Of a DNA stretch of 31,678 bases, positions 1 through 9,551 are shown piece by piece. Below the pieces are notes generated by a model that was given only the letters and a program-made list of their open reading frames with translations, did not search any database and was not told where the DNA came from. The stretch's first letter is position 1. Each line of letters starts with the position of its first letter. The position numbers and the translations under genes are program-made. The stretch covers positions 1 to 31,678 of the forward strand of contig JAWKQY010000082.1 in assembly GCA_041389905.1 (NCBI GenBank). Direction: 5' to 3'. This stretch comes from Nannocystaceae bacterium. GTDB taxonomy: Bacteria > Myxococcota_A > Polyangia > Nannocystales > Nannocystaceae.

Positions 1-2
1 CG

Positions 3-1010
3 GCCGAGGCGACGATCGCCGAGGCCTTCGCGCTGGCGGGGGGGGAGACCGGGCCGTGGATGACGCGCGCGCGCCTCCACTTCACGCTCCACCGCCTCGA
101 CGCGGCGATCGCCGATCTCGACAAGATGTCGGAGCGCTTCTTCATCGACGACCGCCAGCAGGCGGCGATCGACGGGCTGCGGGCGGACATCGCCTTTCAG
201 CGCGGGGACTACGGCGTGGCGCTCGCGGAGTTCCTCCGCATCGCCGACGCCAAGCCCAACGTCACCTCGCTCGCGCGCCTGGCGACCTATCGCTGGAAGA
301 CGGGCGACTTCGACGGCGCCGACGCGCTCTACAAGCGCGCGCTCGAGGCGTACGACGGCACCGCGGCCCAGCCGCGGGCGTGGCTGCGGCTGATGCGGGG
401 CCTCCTCGATCTCGATCGCGGGCGCTACCACGAGGCCTACGCCCACTACCAGCACGCCGAGGCCGAGCTCTCCGGCTTTTGGCTGATCGAGGAGCACATC
501 GCCGAGATCCGGGCGCTCCTCGGCGACAGCGCGGCGGCGATGGACCTCTACGAGGATCTCATCGTCCGCACGGAGAACCCCGAGTTCATGGACGCGCTCG
601 CGGATCTCAAGGAGGCGCACGGCGACGAGGCGCGGGCGACCGCGCTGCGCACGGCGGCGCGCGAGGCCTACGAGGCGCTCCTCGAGCGCTACCCGGAGGC
701 CGCGGCTGGGCACGCGCTCGGGCACTACCTCGATCGCGGCGACGCGCCGGCGCGGGCCCTCGAGCTCGCGCAGGCGAACCACGCGGCGCGACCGAACGGC
801 GCGGCCGTGATCGCCTTGGCGCAGGCGCTCCTCGCCGCTGGCGAGGGCGCGCAAGCGCAGCAGACGATCGAGGCGGCGCTCGCCACGAAGTGGAGCTCCG
901 CGGAGCTCCACTTCGTGGCGAGCGAGATCTTCGCCGCGCGCGGGGACGCCGAGCGGGCGGCGGCGGAGCTCGCCGCCGCGAAGCAGATAAACCCGCGGAT
1001 CGACGATTAG
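3..1010 (+). CDS. TPR-repeat protein, 5' partial (frame is open back to the window edge; the ORF-track ATG at 60 is internal)
   Basis: In-frame translation from nt 3 (AEATIAEAFALAGGETGPWMTRARLHF...) has no stop before the window start. The 316-aa ORF-track product is Ala/Leu-rich with repeated helical A-x-x-Y/L-x-x-A patterns typical of TPR. High GC3 codon usage, stop TAG at 1008-1010. Confidence 0.65.
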   Translation, partial: AEATIAEAFALAGGETGPWMTRARLHFTLHRLDAAIADLDKMSERFFIDDRQQAAIDGLRADIAFQRGDYGVALAEFLRIADAKPNVTSLARLATYRWKTGDFDGADALYKRALEAYDGTAAQPRAWLRLMRGLLDLDRGRYHEAYAHYQHAEAELSGFWLIEEHIAEIRALLGDSAAAMDLYEDLIVRTENPEFMDALADLKEAHGDEARATALRTAAREAYEALLERYPEAAAGHALGHYLDRGDAPARALELAQANHAARPNGAAVIALAQALLAAGEGAQAQQTIEAALATKWSSAELHFVASEIFAARGDAERAAAELAAAKQINPRIDD

Positions 1011-1247
1011 ACAGGCCGGCGACCGTCGCGGCGGATCGTCTCGGGGAGACCCGGACGGTTCGCGGCGGCGGCCGTCGGTCTGAGGGGAGCGCCGACCGCA
1101 GCCGGCTGTATCGACGGACAGGTCCGTGCGGACGCCAGCGCGTGGTCGCAGACCTCGCCATGAGGCGGGGATCCTCCGCGGGCGAAATCGACCCCTCTGC
1201 ATGGGAAAAAGCGCTCCTGCGCAGCAGGAATGCGCTAGCGTGGCGAC

Positions 1248-2930
1248 ATGCGTGGATTTGGCTTCGGTAGATCGATCGCCGCGCTCGCGCTCATCGCGGG
1301 TGGCTGTGCGCTCGGGGACGGAGACTCGGCGGCGCCCGGTCTCTCGGCGGGGAACCAGACGGCGACCGAGGGCGGGTCGACTGGCGCGACGGAGGGCGGC
1401 ACCGAGTCGACGAGCGGACCTTCGGGCGGGAGCGAGAGCGAGGGCGGCGACACGACGGCGCCGCCCGGCTGCGGCGACGGCGTGGTCGAGGGCGACGAGG
1501 CGTGCGACGACGGGCCCTTCAACGGCGCCGGCTACGGGTGGTGCAACGGGGTCTGCGGCGGGATCAAGGCGACCTCGCCCAACGCGATCTACGTCGCGAC
1601 GGGAGGCGACGACGCCAACGCAGGGACCCGCGACGCGCCGCTGCTGACGATCGGCGCCGCCGTGGTCAAGGCCGACGCCGTCGACGCGGACGTCTATGTC
1701 GCGAAGGGGGTCTACAGCGAGCCTGGGACGATCGACCTCATCGACGGCGTGTCGGTCTACGGCGGCTTCGACGAGGACGACGACTGGTCGCGCGCGCCCG
1801 ACAACCTCACGCGGATCGAGGTCGCCGCGCCGCTGGCGATCAGCGGCCTGCTCCTCGAGTCGACGACCGCGCTGACGCTGCTGACCGTCGCCAGCGGCGA
1901 CGGCGGCCCCGGCGAGTCGACCTACGGCGTCTTCGCCAGCGACAGCGACGGGCTCGTGATCACGGACTGCGTGATCGAGGCGGGGCGCGGCGGCGACGGT
2001 GCGGCCGGCGGCGACCAGGGCGGCGCGGGCGGCAGCGGCGGCTCCGGGATCGCCGGGCAACCTGGCTGTGAGGACAGCACCGGCCTGTGCTCGACGTGCT
2101 CGAAGCCGCTGGGGGGTCAAGGCGGGAGCTCGAGCTGCGGAGCGACCGGCGGGCCCGGCGGCGCCCCTGGCAACGGCCCAGCCTCAGGATCCCCAGGGGG
2201 CCAAGGCGGCGGCGGGACGCCGGGCGGCCCGGGGACACCGTCGGCGCAGGGCGACTGGAACACGCCGAACAGCTACTGGGGGCAGGACGGCGCCAGCGGC
2301 GACGACGGCAGCGACGGCGCCGCAGGTGCGCCTGCGTTCGGCGCGACCGGCTACACCGCGAAGGACGGCCAGGCGGGCGGCGACGGGGTCGACGGCAAGG
2401 GCGGCGGCGGCGGCGGCGGAGGCGGCGGCGGCGAGAACCTATGCGACTCCTTCGGCGGCGGCGGAGGAGGCGGCGGAGGAGGCGGCTGCGGCGGCCTCGG
2501 CGGCGGCGGAGGGGCGAGCGGCGGCGGATCCTTCGCGATCTTCCTCTGGGGATCGGACGCCGAGATCGGCTCGTGCGAGCTCCGCACGGGAGGCGGCGGC
2601 GACGGAGGTCAGGGCGGCAAGGGCCAGCCGGGAGGGGCCGGCGGCGAGGGGGGCGTCGGCAGCCTCAGCGGCGCGGGCAACAACTACGGCGGCAGCGACG
2701 AGCAGGACGACGGCTCCAATGGCGGACGCGGCGGACGCGGGGGGAGCGGAGGCGACGGCGGCCCGGGTGGCGGCGGGGCAGGGGGCCCCTCGGTCGGGGT
2801 GGTGCTCGCCGGCGGCTCGACCCCGGCGCTCGCCGAGCTCACGCACGACATCGGTCCGGCGGGGGCAGGGGGCGCCTCGGACGGGCTCTCGGGGCCGATC
2901 GGCGCCGAGGCGGAGACGCTGACGCCGTAG
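1248..2930 (+). CDS. Secreted lipoprotein: myxobacterial Cys-rich repeat, right-handed beta-helix (DUF1565-like) domain, and a long Gly-rich C-terminal region
   Basis: N-terminus MRGFGFGRSIAALALIAGGC is a signal peptide with lipobox. CGDGVVEGDEACDDGPFNG..WCNGVC matches the myxococcal cysteine-rich repeat pattern. IYVATGGDDANAGTRDAPLLTIGAAV resembles the start of a parallel beta-helix (DUF1565/pectate-lyase-like). The rest is GGxGG repeats encoded by (ggc)n-rich DNA at 2400-2520. Confidence 0.75.
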   Translation: MRGFGFGRSIAALALIAGGCALGDGDSAAPGLSAGNQTATEGGSTGATEGGTESTSGPSGGSESEGGDTTAPPGCGDGVVEGDEACDDGPFNGAGYGWCNGVCGGIKATSPNAIYVATGGDDANAGTRDAPLLTIGAAVVKADAVDADVYVAKGVYSEPGTIDLIDGVSVYGGFDEDDDWSRAPDNLTRIEVAAPLAISGLLLESTTALTLLTVASGDGGPGESTYGVFASDSDGLVITDCVIEAGRGGDGAAGGDQGGAGGSGGSGIAGQPGCEDSTGLCSTCSKPLGGQGGSSSCGATGGPGGAPGNGPASGSPGGQGGGGTPGGPGTPSAQGDWNTPNSYWGQDGASGDDGSDGAAGAPAFGATGYTAKDGQAGGDGVDGKGGGGGGGGGGGENLCDSFGGGGGGGGGGGCGGLGGGGGASGGGSFAIFLWGSDAEIGSCELRTGGGGDGGQGGKGQPGGAGGEGGVGSLSGAGNNYGGSDEQDDGSNGGRGGRGGSGGDGGPGGGGAGGPSVGVVLAGGSTPALAELTHDIGPAGAGGASDGLSGPIGAEAETLTP

Positions 2931-3157
2931 CCCCGGCGTCCCTCGGGGACGCCTCGGTTCGGGCGCGGGCGCACGCGCTGCGGGCTCCTCATCGCGCGCG
3001 TATTCGACCGCGTCGACGCGGCGCCTCGCGGCCTCACAGCGTGCCCTCGCCGCGGCTCCGACGGCGTGCGCGAGGGCTCGCGGGGCGGCCGCTCGGGCCT
3101 CCTCGCGCGCGACAGAGGTGTTACTCTCGGCCGACGTTGCAGCGACGAGATCGAGCG

Positions 3158-4894
3158 ATGGCAGCCACAAGCGACGGCTTCCTGCAGATTCGACGGGGAG
3201 ATCAGCTCCTCCGGGTGACCCCCATGATCGGCCCGCGCATGGTCGCCGGTCGCTCTCCCGACGTCGAGCTCGTGCTCGCCAGCGACACGGTCTCGCGGCA
3301 GCACCTCGAGGTCATCCGCGAGGCCGGGGGCTGGTGGGTCCGCGACCTCGGCAGCCGCAACGGAACGGCGGTCAACGGCAAGCAGATCGCCTCGCATCGC
3401 CTCGCCTACGGCGACGTCATCCAGGTCGAGGACTACACCCTGACCTTCGTCCGCGCGCCGAGCGAGGGGCGGGCCCCCGCGCGCAAGCCGGTCACGGCGG
3501 AGGGCTCCTCGACGCGCCTGACCCTCGTCGACAGCCCGGTCGGCTCCGTCCGCTCGCTCCGCGATCTCGGCGCGCCGAAGATCGACGCCTCACACCTCTC
3601 GCGCCTCGTCTCGCTCAGCGCCGAGCTCCTCGCCACCGAGGCCGATGACGATCGCCTCGACAAGCTGTGCAAGCTGATGGTCAGCCGCGACATGCGGGGG
3701 ACCGCGGCCGTGGCGATCCGGGTCTTCCGCACGGGGGTCGCCGACCCCGAGCTCCTCGTCCCGCCGTCGCTCACCGGCGCCGGCCAGGGCGTCCCGCACA
3801 TCTCACGGACGGTGCTCCGCGCGGTCATCACCCAGGGCACCCCTGTGATCGCCTCGACCTCGGCCGCGCCGGGCGGGAACACCGATCTGCTCAAGCTCTC
3901 GGTCGTCGTCCAGTCGATGTCCGCGGTCGCCGTGCCGATCGGCGGCGAAGGCGAGACGCTCGACGTCCTCTACGTCACCTTCCCGAGCAACTACGCGACC
4001 GCCGAGTGGCTCGCGCTGGTGTCGCTGGCCGGCGAGCTCTACCGCCAGGCCGACGCCGCCTGGGTCGCGCGCCGGGCCGCCCAGGAGCAGGCGATCCTCG
4101 AGGAGGAGCTCGAGCGCGCGCACGACATCCAGACGCGCCTCGTCCCCGACGACTTCCACCTCGGCCAGCTCGACGTCGGCTTCGGCTTCGAGGCGTGTAA
4201 GTGGGTCGGCGGCGACTACGTAGACGCCCTCCCGCTCCACGACGGCCGCGTCCTCATCACCGTCATGGACGTCTGCGGCAAGGGCCTCGAGGCCGCGCTG
4301 ATCGCCGCCGGCCTGCACACGACGGTGCACGTCCTCGTCCACGAGGGGCTCAGCCTCGCGCCGCTCGTCGCCAGCCTCAACCGCTACCTGTGTGAGACCC
4401 TGCCGGCGGCCTCCTTCGTGACGATGTGCGCCCTCGTGCTCGACCCGAACACCGGCGTCATCGAGCACGTCAACTGCGGCCACCCGCCGCCGCTCGTCGC
4501 CGGCCGCAGCGGCGTCGTCCGCGAGATCGCGCTCCACGAGCACGCGCCGCTCGGCTTCCTCGACGTCGACGAGGCGATCGTCGTCACCCGCGACCAGCTC
4601 CCGCGCGATCACATCCTCGTTCTCTACACAGACGGCCTCTCGGAGCTGCTCAACGAGCGCGACCAGATGCTCGGCGTCGAGGGCCTCAGCACCCTCATCG
4701 GCGAGGTCGGTCGGGCCGCGCCGGAGAGCTCCGCGACGCGCCTCGCCGCCGCCCTGCGCGGCGCCCTCGCCGACTACCAGGGCCGGGCCGTCGCCGCTGA
4801 TGATCTCTCGTTTATCCTGGTTCTCCGCGCCGTCCCGGCCGTGATGCGCACCGGCCCCCAACGGGTCGCGCGCTTCCCCAAGCCGGGTCGCTGA
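3158..4894 (+). CDS. FHA domain - GAF-like domain - PP2C-family (SpoIIE/RsbU-type) protein serine/threonine phosphatase
   Basis: The long track ORF 2087..4894 is Arg-rich junk until the in-frame ATG at 3158. From there the N-terminus has FHA hallmarks (GRSPDVELVLASDTVSRQHLEV...GSRNGTAVNGKQI). The C-terminal ~230 aa carry SpoIIE/PP2C metal-binding motifs (VGGDYVDAL, MDVCGKG, LYTDGLSE, DDLSFILV). Confidence 0.8.
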   Translation: MAATSDGFLQIRRGDQLLRVTPMIGPRMVAGRSPDVELVLASDTVSRQHLEVIREAGGWWVRDLGSRNGTAVNGKQIASHRLAYGDVIQVEDYTLTFVRAPSEGRAPARKPVTAEGSSTRLTLVDSPVGSVRSLRDLGAPKIDASHLSRLVSLSAELLATEADDDRLDKLCKLMVSRDMRGTAAVAIRVFRTGVADPELLVPPSLTGAGQGVPHISRTVLRAVITQGTPVIASTSAAPGGNTDLLKLSVVVQSMSAVAVPIGGEGETLDVLYVTFPSNYATAEWLALVSLAGELYRQADAAWVARRAAQEQAILEEELERAHDIQTRLVPDDFHLGQLDVGFGFEACKWVGGDYVDALPLHDGRVLITVMDVCGKGLEAALIAAGLHTTVHVLVHEGLSLAPLVASLNRYLCETLPAASFVTMCALVLDPNTGVIEHVNCGHPPPLVAGRSGVVREIALHEHAPLGFLDVDEAIVVTRDQLPRDHILVLYTDGLSELLNERDQMLGVEGLSTLIGEVGRAAPESSATRLAAALRGALADYQGRAVAADDLSFILVLRAVPAVMRTGPQRVARFPKPGR

Positions 4895-4912
4895 CCGCCG
4901 CGAGGTTTGCCG

Positions 4913-5257
4913 ATGATCGTCGAAGACAAAGAGTACAGCGTCGCCTTCGAGGCGACCGAGCGCCGCGTCCGCTTCGAGGGGCAGCTCCGCCTGCGATCCC
5001 CCCGCGACTACGGGCCTGTCCTGGAGCTCCTGCGCGCGGCGCATCAGTCGGGGCTCGACAGCCTCACGCTCGACTTCCGCAACCTCGACATGCTCAACTC
5101 GTCGGGCATCGGCACGATCGGCGCCTTCCTCGTCGAGGTGCGCAAGGCCAAGAACATGTCGATCATCGTCCTCGGCAGCGCCAACAAGCGCTGGCAGGGG
5201 CGGACGCTGGCGACGCTGAAGAAGATCTGGCCGCAGGTCGAGCTGATCATCGACTGA
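4913..5257 (+). CDS. SiaC-like (DUF1987) STAS-fold partner-switch phosphoprotein
   Basis: 114 aa. ATG at 4913 is preceded by GAGG 7 nt upstream; the track start at 4907 is TTG. The segment LTLDFRNLDMLNSSGIGTIGAFLVEV aligns with the LELDLRLLYLNTSSIKAMMDIL region of Pseudomonas SiaC as recalled from memory, where the phospho-Thr lies in the LNTSS motif; here the equivalent is LNSSG. It starts 19 nt after the PP2C gene stop, same strand. Confidence 0.6.
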   Translation: MIVEDKEYSVAFEATERRVRFEGQLRLRSPRDYGPVLELLRAAHQSGLDSLTLDFRNLDMLNSSGIGTIGAFLVEVRKAKNMSIIVLGSANKRWQGRTLATLKKIWPQVELIID

Positions 5258-5294
5258 TGATCGTCGGAGGGCGTCGACAGACGCGTCGACCCGT

Positions 5295-5325
<31 letters not shown>

Positions 5326-5355
5326 ACGGTCGCCGCGGCGAGCCGCGTGTAGCGA

Positions 5356-5387
5356 GGCGACGGCGCCCGCGGGCAGGCGCCGTCGTC
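5356..5387. terminator. GC-rich hairpin between convergent genes (candidate bidirectional terminator)
   Basis: GACGGCGCC (5359-5367) and GGCGCCGTC (5376-5384) form a perfect 9-10 bp stem with an 8-nt loop. It lies between the SiaC-like gene stop (5257) and the pseudokinase gene stop (5404). There is no U-tract, which is common in high-GC taxa. Nearby are 3 copies of the 9-bp unit gccggcctc at 5290-5316. Confidence 0.3.
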
Positions 5388-5403
5388 CGCCGCGACTTCC
5401 CGC

Positions 5404-8400
5404 CTAGGCGACGGCCAGGCCGACGCTGCGCCGGGCCTCGAAGTAGGCCTCGCTGACGCTGTAGACGATCAGCTCGGTGAGCGCGTCCTTGCCGGTGATG
5501 TTCACCGCCGACGAGCGCTGCTCGCTGCGGATCGCCTTGGCGGCGGCCTCGAGGTCGTTGCTCAGCAAGAGCCCGAGGCGGTAGCCGGCGATCGCCGCGG
5601 CCCGGGCCCAGCGCTTGACGTCCGTCTGGCCGAGCTCGCGCGCGAGCGCCTTCACCTTCTCGAGGTTCGCCGGCGGCAGGCGGTTGACGAGCTCCTGGAT
5701 GATGACCTGGACCCCTTGGCCGCCGTCGCCCGATCCGCGCTCGGCGAGCACGGAGCAGGCGACGAGGAGCTGGCCGAGGTTCTTCGGCGAGCGCTCGAGG
5801 AGGAAGAACGCGTGGTGCGGCGGGTAGAGCTCGAGGAGGTGGCGGGCGACCTCGAAGACGACCTCGCCGTCCGTCCGCTCCTGGCGCAGGAGGCTGCCGC
5901 GGGCGATCGCCACCTGCTCGACCTCGCCGCCGCGGCGACGGACGCTGTGGATCGTGATGTCGCCCGGCTCGCTGCGCAGGAAGTGGAGCTCCGGCTGCTG
6001 GACGTTGATGATCCGCGCGACGTACGAGAGCGCCTGCGCCGGCAGCGACGGGCTCTCGGCCGTGTCGATAGGCTCGCTGTCGCGGAGCTGCGGCGGCGCC
6101 GGCTTCGAACGCCAGGTCGCGAGCGCCGGGTCGACGAGGCCGAGGAGCATCGTCACCGTCGGATCCTGATCGCCGGGGAGCACCGTGCGCCGCAGCGTGT
6201 CGTCGCTCAGGCGCAGGCGCGCCTGGCGAAAGACCGCCGGCGGCCCGCTGCGGTAGAAGGCGCCCTCCTCGTCGGTCGCCTGCTTGAGGAAGAGGAGCGT
6301 GCGGGCGACGCAGTACGCCTTGTCGATCTCGTTTTGCTGGCGGTAGATGTTGTAGAGCTGGTGGTAGCTCCGGTAGTAGCTCGGATCGAGGCGGATGAGC
6401 GTGCTGTGGCTGCGGATGAGCGCGTCGGTGTACTGCGCCGGGTCCTGCTGCATCAGCATCCCGTAGAGCTCCGTGACCATGAGCTGGCGCTTGAAGTTGC
6501 TCGGATCGAGGCTCAGCGCGACCTCGAGGGCCTTGGCCGCGGACGCGTAGTCGCCGACGCGCGAGCGGTAGATCTCGGCGAGGTTGTGCCACAGGAGCTG
6601 CTTGAGCGGCGACTTGTCGTCGGCCGGCAGGCGCTTGATCATCTTGCGGTAGGCCCGCTCGAGCGCCTTCCAGTCCTTGCGCTTGGTGAGGATCGTGTCG
6701 ATCGCCTGGAACGCCTTGAGGAACTCGCGATCGTCGTCGAGGACCATGTCGAAGCGGCCGAGCGCCTCGTCGGGGTTGTCGAGGTTGTCGCGTTGGATCG
6801 CCGCCGAGGTGTAGAGGTACTTCGCCCGCCGCTTCGGCTCCTGCTCGCCGGCGATCAGCTCGTCGAGGATCGGCATCACCTCGGGCCAGCGCTTGGCCTC
6901 GGTGTGGAGGTCGAGGAGCGTGTGGAGGAGCGTCTTGTCGTCGGGGCGCAGCTCATGCGCGCGCTGGAAGGCGGCGACGGCCCGCCCCGGCTCGCCGAGG
7001 TGGTCGCGGAAGATCTTGCCGATCTCGACGAAGACGCCGGCCTTGGCGTCGCCCTCGAGCGTCGGCAGGCGCCCCTGGTGCGCCTTCAGGAGGCCGCGCC
7101 AGTCCTTGTTGTCGGCGTAGATCTCGGCGAGGCCGCTGTGCGCGTGGACGTTCTTGGGGTCGCAGCCCAGCGCCTCCTTGTAGTTCTGGATCGCGATGTC
7201 GCTGCGCCCCTGCGCCAGGGCGATCTCGGCGAGCTTGACGTGGACGCTCGCCTTGGCGTCGCCCTGGCGGCGGCCGAGGAGCTTCTCGTAGGCCATCCGC
7301 GCCTCGTCCCAGGACTTGCGGACCATGGCGAGCTCGGCGACGCCGACGAGCGCGTGGCTCGACTCGGGATCGATGTCGAGGGCGCGCTTGAAGAGCTTGC
7401 TCGCCTTCGACGTGCTGCCGATGGCGCGCGCGACCTGACCTGCGCGGACGAGCACGCCGACCTTGCTCGTGTCGCGCAGGCCGAGGTTGTCGATCTTGCG
7501 CACGAGCGCGTCGAAGATCGGCGCGGCGGCGACGTAGTTCTTCTGCTCGTAGTAGATCTTGCCGAGGATCGGCCCGACCTTCGCGTTCTCCGGGTCGATC
7601 TCGACGACCTTGGCGAACATCTGGATCGCCCGATCCTTGACCTGGAGCTTCTCGAGCCAGACGAAGCCGGCCTCGGTCGCCCGCTCGACGCGCTCGTAGC
7701 TGCTCGTCGTGTGCTCGACGATCGCCTCTAGCGCCTCGACGAGCTCGATCCACTCGTGGCGCGCGCGGAAGAGGTCGGCGAGGAGCTTGAGCGCCTCGAG
7801 GTGCCCGGGCGCGAGCTCGGTCGCCTGGTAGAGGCGGGCGATCGCCGAGTCGGTCTCGGAGAGCTTGTGGTGGAGGCCGCCGAGGTGGGCGAGCTGATCG
7901 GCGCAGCGCTTGCTGTCGGTGCACAGCTCGACGAAGCGCTCGTAGTGCGGGATGGCGTCCTCGATCTCCTGCTTGCGCTCGAGCGCCTGCGCGAGGCCGA
8001 GGTGGGCCTCGAGCGCGCCGTCGTCGGCGTCGATGAGCGCCCGGTAGATCTCGATCGCCTTGTCGTAGTTGAGGATGTGCCGGAGGTAGAGGTCGGCGAG
8101 CGAGCCCATCAGCTTGTGGACCGCGTCGTCGTCCGTGGCGAGCTCGAGGCGGCGGAGGTAGACGGCCTCGAGCTCGCGCCAGCGCTTGGCCTCGGAGTGG
8201 CGCTGGCCGAGCTGGAAGTAGGCGTAGTCGCGGCCCTGATTGATCCACTGGGACCAGCGCAGGTAGTCCTCGGAGTCCTTGGCCTCGCCGGCCATGGCGT
8301 TGAGGGCCCGATCCATCTTGTCGAGGACCTGGAGCTGATCGTCGGGGGAGGGCGCCGTCGCGAGCATCCCCTGCAGCGCCTCGATCGAGTAGAAGAGCGC

Positions 8401-9369
8401 CGAGTCCTTGGTCGGCTGCGCGCCGATCTGGCTCATCGCGCCGCCCGCCGCCGCGCCGACCGGCGCCCCCGCCGAGCCGCGCCGCGGCACCTTGCCCTCG
8501 TCGCTGATCTCGCGCAGGTCGTGCTCGAGGGCGCCGAGATCGGGGTAGCGATCCTCGGGCGCCTTGGCGAGGCAGCGCAGGATCACGGCCTCGACGGGCG
8601 GCGGGATGTCGGCGTCCGGGGCGATGTTCCGCGGCGGCGGCGGCGAGGCCATCGTGTGCTGGGTGACGACCTGGTGCGGCTCCTTGGCGGTGAAGGGCAC
8701 CGACCCGGTGAGGAGGCTGTAGAGGAGCACGCCGACCGAGTAGACGTCGGCGCGGACGTCGAAGGGCTTGCCCTCGGCCTCCTCCGGCGCGGCGAACTCG
8801 GCGACCTCGAGGAGCTCCGGGCCGCTGAAGATGTCGAGGCGCGGCGCCGGCGACAGGCCGAAGGCGGTGAGCTTGACGTGATCGAGGCCGTCGCCGGCGT
8901 CGACCATGAAGACGTTCGACGGGCGGACGCCGCCGTGGACGATCCCCTTGCCGTGGGCGACCCGCAGGGCGCCGAGCACCTGGAGGATCAGCCCCTTCGC
9001 CCGCGGCCAGGGGAAGCGCTGCGTGCCGGCCTGGAGGCTGCCCAGATCGCTGCCCTCGAGGTACTCGTAGATCAGGTAGACGGCGCCGGACTCCGTCGTC
9101 CCGTAGCTCATCAGGCGGGCGACGTTGGCGTGGCGGACGAGCGAGAGGATCCGCGCCTCGCGGAGCACCTTGGCCGCGAACTCCTCGTTCGCCGAGAGCT
9201 CCGGGTCGATGATCTTGGCGACCACCAGCTTGAGCAGGGTCGTCTGCTCGGCGAGGAAGAGCTGGCCGGAGTCACCTGGCCCGAGGTCCTCGGTGAGGGT
9301 GTACTTCTTGGCGATCACAGCGCCGACTTGCGGGACCGCGCCTCCATCAACGGGCGATGTATCGTTCAT
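5404..9369 (-). CDS. Pseudokinase-TPR giant protein: N-terminal Hanks-type kinase-like domain with degenerate catalytic motifs, followed by ~1000 aa of TPR repeats
   Basis: The track ORF 5404..9645 has an Arg-rich junk N-terminus. The plausible start is ATG at 9369 (MNDTSPVDGG...). The kinase fold is recognisable: GPGDSG Gly-loop, VVAKII with the Lys, APE-like AAPEE. The catalytic loop reads HGGVRPSN instead of HRDLKPxN, and DFG is replaced by AFG (KLTAFGLS). Downstream there are many A-x-x-Y/L helical repeats (TPR-like) to the C-terminus. Confidence 0.8.
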   Translation of the reverse strand: MNDTSPVDGGAVPQVGAVIAKKYTLTEDLGPGDSGQLFLAEQTTLLKLVVAKIIDPELSANEEFAAKVLREARILSLVRHANVARLMSYGTTESGAVYLIYEYLEGSDLGSLQAGTQRFPWPRAKGLILQVLGALRVAHGKGIVHGGVRPSNVFMVDAGDGLDHVKLTAFGLSPAPRLDIFSGPELLEVAEFAAPEEAEGKPFDVRADVYSVGVLLYSLLTGSVPFTAKEPHQVVTQHTMASPPPPRNIAPDADIPPPVEAVILRCLAKAPEDRYPDLGALEHDLREISDEGKVPRRGSAGAPVGAAAGGAMSQIGAQPTKDSALFYSIEALQGMLATAPSPDDQLQVLDKMDRALNAMAGEAKDSEDYLRWSQWINQGRDYAYFQLGQRHSEAKRWRELEAVYLRRLELATDDDAVHKLMGSLADLYLRHILNYDKAIEIYRALIDADDGALEAHLGLAQALERKQEIEDAIPHYERFVELCTDSKRCADQLAHLGGLHHKLSETDSAIARLYQATELAPGHLEALKLLADLFRARHEWIELVEALEAIVEHTTSSYERVERATEAGFVWLEKLQVKDRAIQMFAKVVEIDPENAKVGPILGKIYYEQKNYVAAAPIFDALVRKIDNLGLRDTSKVGVLVRAGQVARAIGSTSKASKLFKRALDIDPESSHALVGVAELAMVRKSWDEARMAYEKLLGRRQGDAKASVHVKLAEIALAQGRSDIAIQNYKEALGCDPKNVHAHSGLAEIYADNKDWRGLLKAHQGRLPTLEGDAKAGVFVEIGKIFRDHLGEPGRAVAAFQRAHELRPDDKTLLHTLLDLHTEAKRWPEVMPILDELIAGEQEPKRRAKYLYTSAAIQRDNLDNPDEALGRFDMVLDDDREFLKAFQAIDTILTKRKDWKALERAYRKMIKRLPADDKSPLKQLLWHNLAEIYRSRVGDYASAAKALEVALSLDPSNFKRQLMVTELYGMLMQQDPAQYTDALIRSHSTLIRLDPSYYRSYHQLYNIYRQQNEIDKAYCVARTLLFLKQATDEEGAFYRSGPPAVFRQARLRLSDDTLRRTVLPGDQDPTVTMLLGLVDPALATWRSKPAPPQLRDSEPIDTAESPSLPAQALSYVARIINVQQPELHFLRSEPGDITIHSVRRRGGEVEQVAIARGSLLRQERTDGEVVFEVARHLLELYPPHHAFFLLERSPKNLGQLLVACSVLAERGSGDGGQGVQVIIQELVNRLPPANLEKVKALARELGQTDVKRWARAAAIAGYRLGLLLSNDLEAAAKAIRSEQRSSAVNITGKDALTELIVYSVSEAYFEARRSVGLAVA

Positions 9370-9551
9370 AATCAGCCACTCGAACGATAGCCGATGTCGC
9401 GCGAGAGGTGGCCGTCGCGGCCGCGCTCGATGATTGCAGGTGCATGTTCCTGCGCGCGCGACAACGCGCGAAGCGAGGTGTTCGTGCGCGCGCATTCGCG
9501 CCCGTGAAGCCTCGCTCCGCGCGCGGACGAGCGCGCGCGCCGGCGCGCCGC

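Noticed and set aside
56-1270. 404-aa ORF overlapping the TPR gene in another frame
   Set aside because: The product is Arg/Gly/Ala-rich, low-complexity junk typical of an off-frame reading of high-GC coding DNA. The 60..1010 frame gives a TPR-like protein.
2087-3157. 5' 357 codons of the 935-aa ORF preceding the FHA–PP2C gene
   Set aside because: Poly-Arg/Gly sequence ([12 protein letters not shown]...) overlaps the 3' end of the lipoprotein gene in another frame. Protein-like sequence starts at the in-frame ATG at 3158.
5716-9390. Long plus-strand ORFs 5716..7731 and 7756..9390
   Set aside because: They are antisense to the pseudokinase–TPR gene. Their products are Arg/Leu/Glu/Val-rich with no domain signal. 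This is the classic shadow-ORF pattern of GC-rich genes.
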